Below are positions 7,567-17,104 of a stretch of DNA of 20,000 bases, piece after piece; the stretch's first letter is position 1; each line of letters starts with the position of its first letter. The notes under the pieces were generated by a model that made no database searches, was not told the origin of the DNA, and saw nothing but the letters and a program-made list of their open reading frames with translations. The position numbers were made by a program, and so were the translations under genes. Origin of the DNA: an uncultured virus (IMG/VR IMGVR_UViG_3300028591_000111) (taxonomy: Duplodnaviria > Heunggongvirae > Uroviricota > Caudoviricetes); the IMG/VR virus record IMGVR_UViG_3300028591_000111; one strand, written 5' to 3'.

Positions 7567-8775
7567 CTAAAGCGAGTCAGTATTAGATGAATCCCATCCA
7601 ATCATCAACATATTATTCCATCCACAAAAATTACCATTGTCATATAATTGATTTAACGTAACTAATCCACATCTAAACAAAGAAGTATCTAAATAACCTT
7701 TAAAGCCATCACCTTGAACAATTCCATAAGTACTTAAATCATTAGTAACGACTGCAATTTCATATGGAATCCAACGAACGGAATTACTTTGAACAGATGA
7801 TGTAACCTTAGAATCTAAAATATCAACAACATTAGACATGAAACGAATATTGTTTTCGCCGCCTATTAAACGTGTACCATCAGCTTTTGTGATAGAACCA
7901 TAATTATCATACCAAGAATTCGTTGAATGATTTATTGATGCTGAAAATTTATAACCATAACGATCAAATACATTGTTTGACTCATCAATTATTGGTTTTG
8001 CTCTAAATTCATAATCATAAGTCTGATATATTGAATAAGAAAAACTAATAGAACCATAACGCGCTTGAACAAGTTGTTCATCATGTGCAAGTGTTCCAAT
8101 AATTCTTCCGATAAAGTAGCTTGGTATCAGAGTACCTGCCGATCCATCTCTGGTATATGAACCAGAAATACCCAAACAACAACAATCAACAAACAATCCA
8201 TAACTATATCCACATCCTGTTGTTGCATAGCAAGCTGGTGTAAACCACCAAGCGGCTGGACTTGATATACTACCACCTTTTTGTACATTCACTGTTCCAC
8301 GAAGCAAAGTTGCATCAGATGGCAAAAAAGTAGAATCGAATGTAGTACCAAAATTACTTGAGCTTCCTGACGGAATTATAGCCATGATAGTACCACTAAG
8401 CATTTGAATATCGCTCTCAACAAAATCAAGAGCAAAATTTTCTTTTTCCAATGCAATTCCAAAATTAGAAGTACCTTGTGTAACACATAAAAATAACTTA
8501 CATCCATTAGTATTTGTGAAAAACAAGCCTGGCGCAGAAAAAGATTGAACCTCTTTCAATGTATTCCAAATAGGCACATCCTCAAAATCACTTGTTGTTG
8601 CGTTTCTGCTTGTATCTAATTGCCAACCTTTTCCACAAGAAACAATAAAATCAGCAAAATCTTTGCATTGTGCTTTTGCTCGTTCAGTAGCATCTGATAT
8701 GTTATCTCTAAAAGGCTGTCCACTCATCGGAGAAACACCGCCGACATAATCAAATCTTTTAAATCTGAATCCCAT
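7567..8775 (-). CDS. Paralogue B of the ~400-aa tandem family
   Basis: 402 aa, AGGAG RBS; GWQLDT, TNGCKLF, PSDATL, GRIIGTLAH, RYG, KADGT, GDGFKGYLDT, IGWDSSN. Confidence 0.8.
   Translation of the reverse strand: MGFRFKRFDYVGGVSPMSGQPFRDNISDATERAKAQCKDFADFIVSCGKGWQLDTSRNATTSDFEDVPIWNTLKEVQSFSAPGLFFTNTNGCKLFLCVTQGTSNFGIALEKENFALDFVESDIQMLSGTIMAIIPSGSSSNFGTTFDSTFLPSDATLLRGTVNVQKGGSISSPAAWWFTPACYATTGCGYSYGLFVDCCCLGISGSYTRDGSAGTLIPSYFIGRIIGTLAHDEQLVQARYGSISFSYSIYQTYDYEFRAKPIIDESNNVFDRYGYKFSASINHSTNSWYDNYGSITKADGTRLIGGENNIRFMSNVVDILDSKVTSSVQSNSVRWIPYEIAVVTNDLSTYGIVQGDGFKGYLDTSLFRCGLVTLNQLYDNGNFCGWNNMLMIGWDSSNTDSL
7685..7714. repeat. 30-bp direct repeat, exact copy at 8929-8958, 25/30 copy at 5150-5179
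   Basis: GTATCTAAATAACCTTTAAAGCCATCACCT, encoding GDGFKGYLDT on the minus strand. Confidence 0.9.
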
Positions 8776-8801
8776 ACTAAGAACTCCTATTTATGATATT
8801 A

Positions 8802-9977
8802 TCAATCACCAATGTCTTCGTTTTGTTGATTCCAACCAAAAAGATAATTATAAGAACTTTCTAAACATATATAGTTACCATTATCAAATGTTTGCTTCCT
8901 AGAAGCGACACCTGCAATCACTAAATCTGTATCTAAATAACCTTTAAAGCCATCACCTGCGACAACACCATATGTATTTAAATCATTTGCAAAAGATCCG
9001 ACACCAAGAATACAATATCTTGTTTTGTTATTTGAATCAAAAATTTTGCTATTTAATTTTTCTGCACCTTCTGTAAAAAACAAAACATTTCTATTACTGC
9101 CATCACCACCATTTATCCATGTGCCGTCTGCTTTAGAAATACAGCAACATGAATCTAAGCTATAAAAATAACTACTATTAATTCCGAAACCAGGCACATT
9201 TATAGAAGATTGACCATAATTTGAAGAAAATGTTGAATACAAGACCAATGCCCAACCTTCAGCAGTATCCGTATATCTACGAAAACAAATAGTGCCATAC
9301 TTAGCTTGTAATGTATTGTCTTCTTGATGAGCTAAACTACCAAAGATCCGACCTGTCATATAAATAGGTGTATAGAAGCCAGGTACGACAGAATATCTAT
9401 TTGAATATAAACATATAGTATAAGGTGTAGCCATTATCCAATATCTATAATAATAATCATTGATTGGATTGTATGCTGATGGATATTCTAAAGCAGAAAC
9501 TGCTGAACTTCTATAAAAAGTACCACAAATTCTTGTCGCGTCTGATGGTATAAATGTTGTTGTCGTTGGATCGCCGAATGTACTTGAAGAACCTGCTGGA
9601 ATCATTGATGTACAAAAGCCACCATAATAATCACTACCTTTATAAAGAACCAAATCGTTTCCACTAAAATTTTTTATGCCAAAATCGAAAATTTGATCTC
9701 CAAAAAATGACATAAATAATTTACAACCACTTATATTGTTTATAAAAAACAATGCTGGATAAGTTTTATTTCCAGTTCGACATGGTATATCTGTAAAAGA
9801 TGTTATTGTATTATTTTTTGTAGTATCTAAAACCCAACCACAATTACAATCTATAAGACACTGTGCATATTTTGATAATAAGGTTTCACTACGAGATCTT
9901 CGTAATGAATCAGAATTACCAGTTGGGAATTCCTCATCACCTGCTTGTACATAAAAAGATCTAACAACGAATCCCAT
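8802..9977 (-). CDS. Paralogue A of the ~400-aa tandem family
   Basis: 391 aa from ATG 9977 (MGFVVR, AAGGT RBS; parallels the MGFRFK start of B); GWVLDT, ISGCKLF, PSDATR, GRIFGSLAH, KYG, KADGTW, GDGFKGYLDT, FGWN. Confidence 0.8.
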   Translation of the reverse strand: MGFVVRSFYVQAGDEEFPTGNSDSLRRSRSETLLSKYAQCLIDCNCGWVLDTTKNNTITSFTDIPCRTGNKTYPALFFINNISGCKLFMSFFGDQIFDFGIKNFSGNDLVLYKGSDYYGGFCTSMIPAGSSSTFGDPTTTTFIPSDATRICGTFYRSSAVSALEYPSAYNPINDYYYRYWIMATPYTICLYSNRYSVVPGFYTPIYMTGRIFGSLAHQEDNTLQAKYGTICFRRYTDTAEGWALVLYSTFSSNYGQSSINVPGFGINSSYFYSLDSCCCISKADGTWINGGDGSNRNVLFFTEGAEKLNSKIFDSNNKTRYCILGVGSFANDLNTYGVVAGDGFKGYLDTDLVIAGVASRKQTFDNGNYICLESSYNYLFGWNQQNEDIGD

Positions 9978-10003
9978 GTTTTTACCTTTTTTATTTATAA
10001 GTA

Positions 10004-10041
10004 CAAAGAAAAACAAACAAACTTTAACCTATTTGTTTGTT
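10004..10041 (-). terminator. Weak AT-rich hairpin with U tract after the baseplate gene
   Basis: AACAAACAAA (10012-10021) / TTTGTTTGTT (10032-10041), 10-nt loop, followed by TTTCTTT on the minus strand. Confidence 0.4.
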
Positions 10042-12179
10042 CAATCTTTCAAAAGAACTTCGCTAGAAGGCTCAGAAACTATAAATTTATCATTTTGGTT
10101 GTTCGTTAATACGCCACCTATAATATATGAGTTTTCATAGATAACACCACCAAATGAATATTCAGCACCGATTAAATTCATATCACTATATGCATATCTT
10201 CCTTTTTCAGCCAAGCCTGAAATTTGATGACTTATTATTAATTGATCTTCATTTTCAGATATGACACCGCCGATAATATACCCTGACGCTTCAAAGACGA
10301 GTTTAGCAACAACATCCATTGTTATAGTATAACTATCGCCAAACGATCCAATGTTCCACGAAACAGGTTTATAAATTACACCATTACTATTATATTCGCC
10401 AGTAACTGTCGGAAGTGTCACGACAGTACCACTATATCCAAATTCAGTAGGCGGTATTGCTATTGTTATATTTGGTAATGCTGTATTTGCAAAAGATAAT
10501 ATAAATTTGCGTTCAACAGATACACACCATGCACTAAAACCTGATACATCATCAAATTGTAATTTTAATGCTCCATTATCATTTGTTAAATACTCATTAG
10601 ATGGCACTGCTTCCATGTTACCATTATGCAACATATAAGCTACTGGTTGTGTTCCATCATACATGGATATTGTTAATTCATCTATAACTGGACTCCCATT
10701 TTCATCATATAATTGTATTAACTCATTTGCATTTAATTCTGTATTTAAAACCTCATTTCTTCCATTCGATGTAAAATAAAAGTTCTTTGTCGCAACTGAC
10801 AAATCATAACCAATTACAATATCGGGTGTTTCCAAAATTATAGATTTTATTTCTTCTGTATTTATTACTGGTGATTCTAAAATAACAGATTTTAATTCGC
10901 TTGTTTCATAATCAATCCAACCACCATGAACAATTCTACCACTGTCTGCATTAACAACAAAGTAAGTTAATTCTGGTGGATTACCTTTAACTACAGTACC
11001 AGACCATATTATTGGTTCGCTCACAAGATCAAAACTAACGTCATAATCTGGCTGTTTGTCTAATATAAGTTCATCACTATCTGTAAGATAGAAACTGTCA
11101 TCTGTGATTAAGTCAATCGACTGACTATAATCAGGCTGTTTCACTAATTCTAATTCGTCATCATCTGTTATATATAATGTATCATCAATATTAAGATTAA
11201 AGCTAACATTATAATAAGGTTGTTTATCCAGAATTATATATTCTGGATAATCTTCGACAATATCTCGTCCAACTTTTGATCCTATGCCTACCGTACCGCC
11301 AATAACGAATTTAGCACCTTGCGGGCTTGTAATTTCACCATCTGCAATAAAGAATTCGCCGTAAGTGGATGTTATGCAGCCGTATGCCGTCTCATCTACG
11401 TCATAACTGACTGGCAGCGGAACTGTGTGTTCGATTTCAAATCCGAAGAAATAATAGCCTTTTTGATGATATTGTGATAACTGGTTTATTGTGTACTGAG
11501 AGCGATAGACCTGACCAAAAGTGTAATATTGGTCAAACTGCCTACGACGATAAAAGGTTATATCACCATCAAAATCTTTATGCAGATCTATAACATCACC
11601 CGCATCGACGTGAATGCTTAAATCAGTGTCTTTTCTGCCTAAATAAATTGCGTCACTGCACTTAAAAACAAGTGGGTCTGGTGTGCGCAACATACCAATG
11701 CGATAGCCAGCAGGTATTTGTTGCTTAATGAAATAATCGCTGTCTATTGTGATGTTTTTGTCTGTTATCAGATAAATGAGTCCGTCTTTGGCATTCGGCG
11801 CGTATTCGTCTGGGACATCCATATAGTGATAGAGTTCAAAGTCGTTATTTCTCGAATCCTTGAGACTACCACCGAAGCGCATCAGCTTGTCTATGTCTGA
11901 CAGCTCGCCACGGACGTGCATCAATGAGAACCATTCAGACAAAACGAGTTTTCCTAGCTTGTTTATGTTATATATTGGCAGACCGTCAAGAAAGAAATCC
12001 TGATAAGTCATAAAGAAGTCATCATCCATATTCTCAAATGACATCGTTGAGAGTATGTCTTGCGCTTCCATATTGCAGCAAAATATTATCTCATCTATCA
12101 ATTCAAGATAAGCCTTGAGGAAAACATTTTCCTCAAGGTATTTCGGTGCAAGGTATTTTGTGAGTGAATAATCAAACAT
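10041..12179 (-). CDS. Baseplate wedge / tail-fibre attachment protein (P2 gpI-like N-terminus) with a repetitive acidic C-terminal extension
   Basis: 712 aa. N-terminus (YLAPKYL...FLKAYLELID...MDDDFF...SLMHVRGELSDIDKLMR...IKQQIPAG) follows the Tail_P2_I pattern (l..lhr.kGT...i.....; ...kPAg). Confidence 0.65.
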   Translation of the reverse strand: MFDYSLTKYLAPKYLEENVFLKAYLELIDEIIFCCNMEAQDILSTMSFENMDDDFFMTYQDFFLDGLPIYNINKLGKLVLSEWFSLMHVRGELSDIDKLMRFGGSLKDSRNNDFELYHYMDVPDEYAPNAKDGLIYLITDKNITIDSDYFIKQQIPAGYRIGMLRTPDPLVFKCSDAIYLGRKDTDLSIHVDAGDVIDLHKDFDGDITFYRRRQFDQYYTFGQVYRSQYTINQLSQYHQKGYYFFGFEIEHTVPLPVSYDVDETAYGCITSTYGEFFIADGEITSPQGAKFVIGGTVGIGSKVGRDIVEDYPEYIILDKQPYYNVSFNLNIDDTLYITDDDELELVKQPDYSQSIDLITDDSFYLTDSDELILDKQPDYDVSFDLVSEPIIWSGTVVKGNPPELTYFVVNADSGRIVHGGWIDYETSELKSVILESPVINTEEIKSIILETPDIVIGYDLSVATKNFYFTSNGRNEVLNTELNANELIQLYDENGSPVIDELTISMYDGTQPVAYMLHNGNMEAVPSNEYLTNDNGALKLQFDDVSGFSAWCVSVERKFILSFANTALPNITIAIPPTEFGYSGTVVTLPTVTGEYNSNGVIYKPVSWNIGSFGDSYTITMDVVAKLVFEASGYIIGGVISENEDQLIISHQISGLAEKGRYAYSDMNLIGAEYSFGGVIYENSYIIGGVLTNNQNDKFIVSEPSSEVLLKD
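11023..11243 (-). repeat. Intragenic 84-nt (28-aa) tandem repeat, about 2.6 copies
   Basis: ILDKQPYYNVSFNLNIDDTLYITDDDEL / ELVKQPDYSQSIDLITDDSFYLTDSDEL / ILDKQPDYDVSFDLV. Confidence 0.85.
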
Positions 12180-12218
12180 ATAGCATTAGCATAACATAAA
12201 CAGACAAAACCATTGCAT

Positions 12219-12227
12219 TATTAGATA
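12219..12227 (-). promoter_or_regulatory. TATCTAATA motif upstream of the baseplate gene
   Basis: Plus-strand TATTAGATA; the motif starts 48 nt before ATG 12179. Confidence 0.65.
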
Positions 12228-12291
12228 GTTTTGCCGTTTATGCAAGCTAAAACATCACAAAATTTCAAAACCAAAACTCATTATATAGTAT

Positions 12292-14223
12292 TTATTTATA
12301 TGGATATTTATATGGATAATAAAACATTCTTGAAACAAAATAACAATTTCCAATCTTTACACCATCATAAGTATAATCATAATTCTCATATGGTTGCATT
12401 AAAGGGGCAATCGTTATAGCACCCCAATTAAAATCACCTTGATACCCAAAGAATGAAACACACTTATATTCATAGCACAAACAACTTTCTGAGATTGCGT
12501 TACTTATATCCGTCTTTCCTAAAGATGTAGCATAACTCCTTACTATGAAATCCGTTCCATCTCTATATTTTACAATAACAAATTTTAAATTATCTCTTAA
12601 TGAGATTTGAGTAGCAATTGAAACAGATTGTCTATTAAACTCTGAATTTAAATTACTATAATACACATGATTTTTATTACAATATGGAATGTTTATTTCT
12701 GTTGGACTACAAAAGCAAATACTCTTTTTGTAACTCATGTTTTGAGGATACCCATCTGCACTACCTGAATTAATAACAACATTATAATTTTCTATTATTT
12801 TCTTTCTACCTTCTGTACTAATATAATCATTATACGGATTATTTTTATCAAAAGGCATATATGCATTATAAAATACTGGTAATAAATTTCTTAAATGATC
12901 AATACAAAAATTACCACTATCTGTGTATGTGTTATTCTCAATTAATTCATCACTTCTTATGAAACCGTTACCATAAACATTTGTTTGGTCATAAAAGAAT
13001 GGAATTAATTTTATAACATACGGATTAGAACTGTTGCTTACGATCCTTCTATTCGCTCTAAAAGCATCTTCTCCTGAATCAAGATGTTGAAGTTCCATCA
13101 ATTCACTAACAAAGAAGAACACACAACCTTGTTGTTTTTGAGGTAAAAATTTTGGTTGTGCTACGAGAGATACTAAATCTATATATGATGAAGCAGAAGT
13201 GCCATTATTAACATATCCATTTATATTGTATATACAATCTTCAAAGAAAATATTTTCAAAAAATGTATTATCATTCTTACCATTCGTAAGTTTTAAATAC
13301 CATGGATATTTTTGAATTTCTTCTTGAGTTAATACATCACTTAAATCAGATGAATTACCACCATTTAAATTATAGAGATGAGTTAGCATTGAGTCATCAT
13401 AACCATCAAAATTTTCAAAGCCACCAGCACCAACAATAAAAACAGATTTTTTTTGAGGACTTATATCAGAAAAAGGTTTGAAGTTAGCTGTTTTTATAAA
13501 ATAAATATAATACAAATAACAATAAAGAATAACATCATTAATTAAATTGTTCATCATGAACACAGCCCATAATCCATCCCACCCCCCATCAATAGGCATA
13601 TCCTCTGGTGAAATATAATGATCGCCTTCATGTTGACGCCAATCTGATTCAAGAAAAATACAATCTACATAACCAGTATCTTTTTTATGAGATTCAACTG
13701 GATAAAAATCATCAAAACAAATTGGTGATATCAAATAATAATCGAACATAACACCATCAATAGTCTTAGTTTTTTCTTTATTTTTAAAGAAAATAGGTAG
13801 CTTCACAAATTTTCCATTATAATTGTATTGTAATTCATTTGTACATGCAGTAGAGACTTCTTCCATTGATTTAAATGGTTCTAAATCATCAAACAAACCA
13901 TTATAAAATACATGATTTTCTGCTTTAAAATCCAAACCAGATTCATCACCAATTTTTTCTATATCAATAACTCTACCATCTTCATAAATACGACGTTCAA
14001 TAAGCACTCTTTCTATATTATCTTTATCATTAACGACACTAACTCTAAGTCCATATATTATAACAATAACATATTTGTTTTCATTAAAGAAATCCACTGT
14101 TGAGAGATCACCACTATAATTTCTAAAGTACAATTTATCTTCAAATATAGCTATTTCGCCATAATCTAAATCTGAAACATCAGAAATAGTCTTTATTGTT
14201 AATAACGTTTTTATAGTTTTCAT
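12292..14223 (-). CDS. Putative receptor-binding tail protein, Mtd-like (Mtd_N-like start plus degenerate C-type-lectin/FGE-like fold)
   Basis: 643 aa, AAGGA RBS. DLDYGEIAIFEDKLYF (L..GEia....klyf fibre N-terminal motif); FDDLEPFKSM...FVKLPIFF...YLISP...FYPVESH...VDCIFL...IKTANF; ends YFVSRMFYYP, resembling the gsRL.y.p end of DGR-target-type proteins. Confidence 0.55.
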   Translation of the reverse strand: MKTIKTLLTIKTISDVSDLDYGEIAIFEDKLYFRNYSGDLSTVDFFNENKYVIVIIYGLRVSVVNDKDNIERVLIERRIYEDGRVIDIEKIGDESGLDFKAENHVFYNGLFDDLEPFKSMEEVSTACTNELQYNYNGKFVKLPIFFKNKEKTKTIDGVMFDYYLISPICFDDFYPVESHKKDTGYVDCIFLESDWRQHEGDHYISPEDMPIDGGWDGLWAVFMMNNLINDVILYCYLYYIYFIKTANFKPFSDISPQKKSVFIVGAGGFENFDGYDDSMLTHLYNLNGGNSSDLSDVLTQEEIQKYPWYLKLTNGKNDNTFFENIFFEDCIYNINGYVNNGTSASSYIDLVSLVAQPKFLPQKQQGCVFFFVSELMELQHLDSGEDAFRANRRIVSNSSNPYVIKLIPFFYDQTNVYGNGFIRSDELIENNTYTDSGNFCIDHLRNLLPVFYNAYMPFDKNNPYNDYISTEGRKKIIENYNVVINSGSADGYPQNMSYKKSICFCSPTEINIPYCNKNHVYYSNLNSEFNRQSVSIATQISLRDNLKFVIVKYRDGTDFIVRSYATSLGKTDISNAISESCLCYEYKCVSFFGYQGDFNWGAITIAPLMQPYENYDYTYDGVKIGNCYFVSRMFYYPYKYPYK

Positions 14224-14263
14224 AATTATATCCTTTATTATTATGATTATTAGCTATATCGTT

Positions 14264-17026
14264 TTAGTTCCCGCTAACATACAAAAGTACATTTTGTTGT
14301 GATATTGATGAATCACTTTCTTTCAATGTAAAACTAATACCATTTAAATTAAACGAAACTTTATCGTTAATTTGATCTATTCCTATCGAATTAAGACTAA
14401 TTTCCCCTTTAAAATATTGTAAATACCCTGATGATATCCAAAAATGATCTTCTTTAATATCGCCTGCATTAGCATTTTTTAAAACACACATTGGTTTCTG
14501 GATGTCATAACCTTTAATAGAAGAATTAAGCGTTTTTAACCTTGTTGGAAGGTTTATATAATAATTTTCTTTAGAATAAACAAATACAGAAGATAACACT
14601 CCATCAGTATAATCAACAGGTAACAAACTAGTACTTATTTCATCACAATAAAGTTTGCCTTGTGAATGATCTCCAACAACACATATTGGTGAGTGGGTGT
14701 CATTAAAACTTATCCAATTAGGTTCTAAAACACGACCATCTTCATATATAAATTTTATATATTCCTCTCCAGCATTTCCTTCGTCAACATGACCACCTAT
14801 AACATATTTTTTTCTTTGTTCTGCAACAACATCATTCAAAAGAACACCCTGTTGTGTTTCTATTTCATCAAAATGAACAATCTCTTCATCACCAAGATAA
14901 GGCATTTCATAACGAGTCGTATATTTAGGATAATAAGAAGTATTTTTTATTTGTTCAGAATCCCTATAAGAAAAAGGAAGCATAAAGTTGCTAAAATATA
15001 ACAAAGAAAATCTGCACCCTAAAGATTCGTTCTTTTTAAAAAGATCTACAAAAAAACGTTTATCACAATTATAGTAATTTCCTGATATTTCATGCATTGG
15101 ATGACGATATAAAGAAATTTTATATGATTGACTTTTCCAATTATCAAAATATTTTTTTATTTTTAAAGCATCATATTCACGATTAAATTTAACAGGTTCT
15201 TCTGGGTCATTAAAACCAAAGTCATAATTCAAAAAATTTAAATTATATGAATATAAATTATCAGTAGTTGATATATCTCCTACGTCAGGATCATAAAACT
15301 GAACATCAAAATAAGCAACTTCATCTTCTTTTGATAAACCATAATTTGAAACAGAAGTTCTACATCCTAGAATTACATTCTTACCTAACAATGTATCTCT
15401 AACAATCTTTTTTTTATCCCCATTGAATCTTTCTTTAAAAACAACAAATTGTACAGAAACCGAACTTGAATCAAACGTACCTTGAGGCAGGTTTTCAAAA
15501 TTAAATTCTAAATCAAATTTATTAGTAGCTGTATTAAATACATATGATGCTGTATTATATTTTATTTCTTCTAATTCAGGTGGTTCTATATCGTATCCAA
15601 ATTCATCTCTATTTAAATATCTATAACAAGTAAAACCATAACTATTCGGTATTTGACGATTAATTATCATATAAAGATCGCAATACACAGGTGTATTGTC
15701 ATTGTCAGAAACAGATGATGTTTCTGCTGCGTTCCAAAAAACAATATTTGTTATTAAATATTTACCTTCATCTGGTAATTCGATAGAAAATTTTAAGCGG
15801 TTCTGATATATCAACGTCGATTCAGAAGTAAATTGACCTAACTTTACAAAATCTTTCATATCAGCACACGGTGTTTGTGCATTAGAAATAATAATTTTTT
15901 GGGGAGGATCTGATTGGTCTTCTTCACTAATAAAGACATCTGTTGTTACATCTAAACAGATACGGTTTCCTTCTGTTTCAGAATATTCAAAGAACCCATC
16001 ACCTGAAACACCATTATGAAAAATGGAAAATATAGAATTAACACCATCCCATTGTTTTTTATACAAAGATGGGTAGTCATAAAAATATCGAGCTAACAAT
16101 GCTCTTGGATTCATATATCCAATATAAATTTTAAACAATATATGAACTATACCAAACCATACATCAGATGTCATTATTTTAAATTTATTAAGTTTAGACA
16201 TTATTATATGATTTGTTTCATTAAAATATCCAGTCTCAGATCCGAAAGGACTAGAAACAAGACCAAAAGACTCTGGCACATGTGATATATATAAATATTT
16301 ATCATCACCAAAAGCTTTTGGTACAAAAAATCCAAATTTTAATTTATCAGGTAATGAATTATAAACAAAAGGTGATATTATCTCATATCTTCTATAATAC
16401 TTATTATCTTTCTTATTCAAAAAGAAATAAATTCTTATATAAAATCTAGGTATTCTAACAAAAGTTTTATTAAAACCGAAAGATGTGTCTTCTAAATCTT
16501 CAATAAATTCATCATCATGACTATTCGATATAAGTTCTTTTGGTACATAAGTAGAAACATCATCTTGTGAAGCTCCACGTAAAAAAGAATAATTAGTGAC
16601 ATAATACCCTCTATTTGGATGAAGGCTATCAATCCATGTGGAATTTTCCACCCCATTAGATCCAATGTTTTTTGTTACAAGACAAATTTCATTAAAAGGA
16701 AATATTCCATCAATATTTCTTTCTTCATAATCATTTATATATTCTATACTGTCAACAGATTCTATTTTACCATCTTTACAAAAAGATACATTTAGTTTAT
16801 AATTACCTGATATATCATCCTCATTCTCGTCACGATAAGAGCTTAGATCTTTTAATCCATTTATACTATCCACTTCTGCTTCTGCTCTTACATAATCAAA
16901 ACTGTTGTCAAAAGACGATAATAAAAATTCATAGACATCATTACCTATTTTAATTCCTTTTTCGTTCATTTCGCCGTTGAGGAGTTTATCGCTATCAATA
17001 TTGCTTATTTTTATGTTCTTGCTCAT
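14264..17026 (-). CDS. Putative receptor-binding tail protein, distant paralogue of 12292..14223 with insertions
   Basis: 920 aa. KLLNGEMNEKGIKIG (Mtd_N-like); DGIFPFNEI...FVRIPRFY...YEIISP...GFFVPKAF..DKYLYIS...ILFKIYIGYMN is collinear with the motifs of the neighbouring protein. Confidence 0.55.
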   Translation of the reverse strand: MSKNIKISNIDSDKLLNGEMNEKGIKIGNDVYEFLLSSFDNSFDYVRAEAEVDSINGLKDLSSYRDENEDDISGNYKLNVSFCKDGKIESVDSIEYINDYEERNIDGIFPFNEICLVTKNIGSNGVENSTWIDSLHPNRGYYVTNYSFLRGASQDDVSTYVPKELISNSHDDEFIEDLEDTSFGFNKTFVRIPRFYIRIYFFLNKKDNKYYRRYEIISPFVYNSLPDKLKFGFFVPKAFGDDKYLYISHVPESFGLVSSPFGSETGYFNETNHIIMSKLNKFKIMTSDVWFGIVHILFKIYIGYMNPRALLARYFYDYPSLYKKQWDGVNSIFSIFHNGVSGDGFFEYSETEGNRICLDVTTDVFISEEDQSDPPQKIIISNAQTPCADMKDFVKLGQFTSESTLIYQNRLKFSIELPDEGKYLITNIVFWNAAETSSVSDNDNTPVYCDLYMIINRQIPNSYGFTCYRYLNRDEFGYDIEPPELEEIKYNTASYVFNTATNKFDLEFNFENLPQGTFDSSSVSVQFVVFKERFNGDKKKIVRDTLLGKNVILGCRTSVSNYGLSKEDEVAYFDVQFYDPDVGDISTTDNLYSYNLNFLNYDFGFNDPEEPVKFNREYDALKIKKYFDNWKSQSYKISLYRHPMHEISGNYYNCDKRFFVDLFKKNESLGCRFSLLYFSNFMLPFSYRDSEQIKNTSYYPKYTTRYEMPYLGDEEIVHFDEIETQQGVLLNDVVAEQRKKYVIGGHVDEGNAGEEYIKFIYEDGRVLEPNWISFNDTHSPICVVGDHSQGKLYCDEISTSLLPVDYTDGVLSSVFVYSKENYYINLPTRLKTLNSSIKGYDIQKPMCVLKNANAGDIKEDHFWISSGYLQYFKGEISLNSIGIDQINDKVSFNLNGISFTLKESDSSISQQNVLLYVSGN

Positions 17027-17067
17027 CGCTTTGCCCCAATCAATGATAAAAAAAAATACATCACATA

Positions 17068-17076
17068 CTTTAGATA
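17068..17076 (-). promoter_or_regulatory. TATCTAAAG variant motif
   Basis: Starts 50 nt before ATG 17026; the 12-mer AGATAGTGTTTG (17072-17083) is also present at 3347-3358. Confidence 0.55.
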
Positions 17077-17104
17077 GTGTTTGATAGTAGATACATATTT
17101 AACT

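Noticed and set aside
5150..9830. TATCTA hexamers inside the paralogue genes as promoters or a CRISPR-like repeat
   Set aside because: They are the antisense of conserved Leu-Asp-Thr codons; spacing is hundreds of bases to kilobases, not repeat-spacer periodicity.
12292..17026. A complete diversity-generating retroelement
   Set aside because: No reverse transcriptase, Avd or second copy of a 3' variable region was seen in the window.
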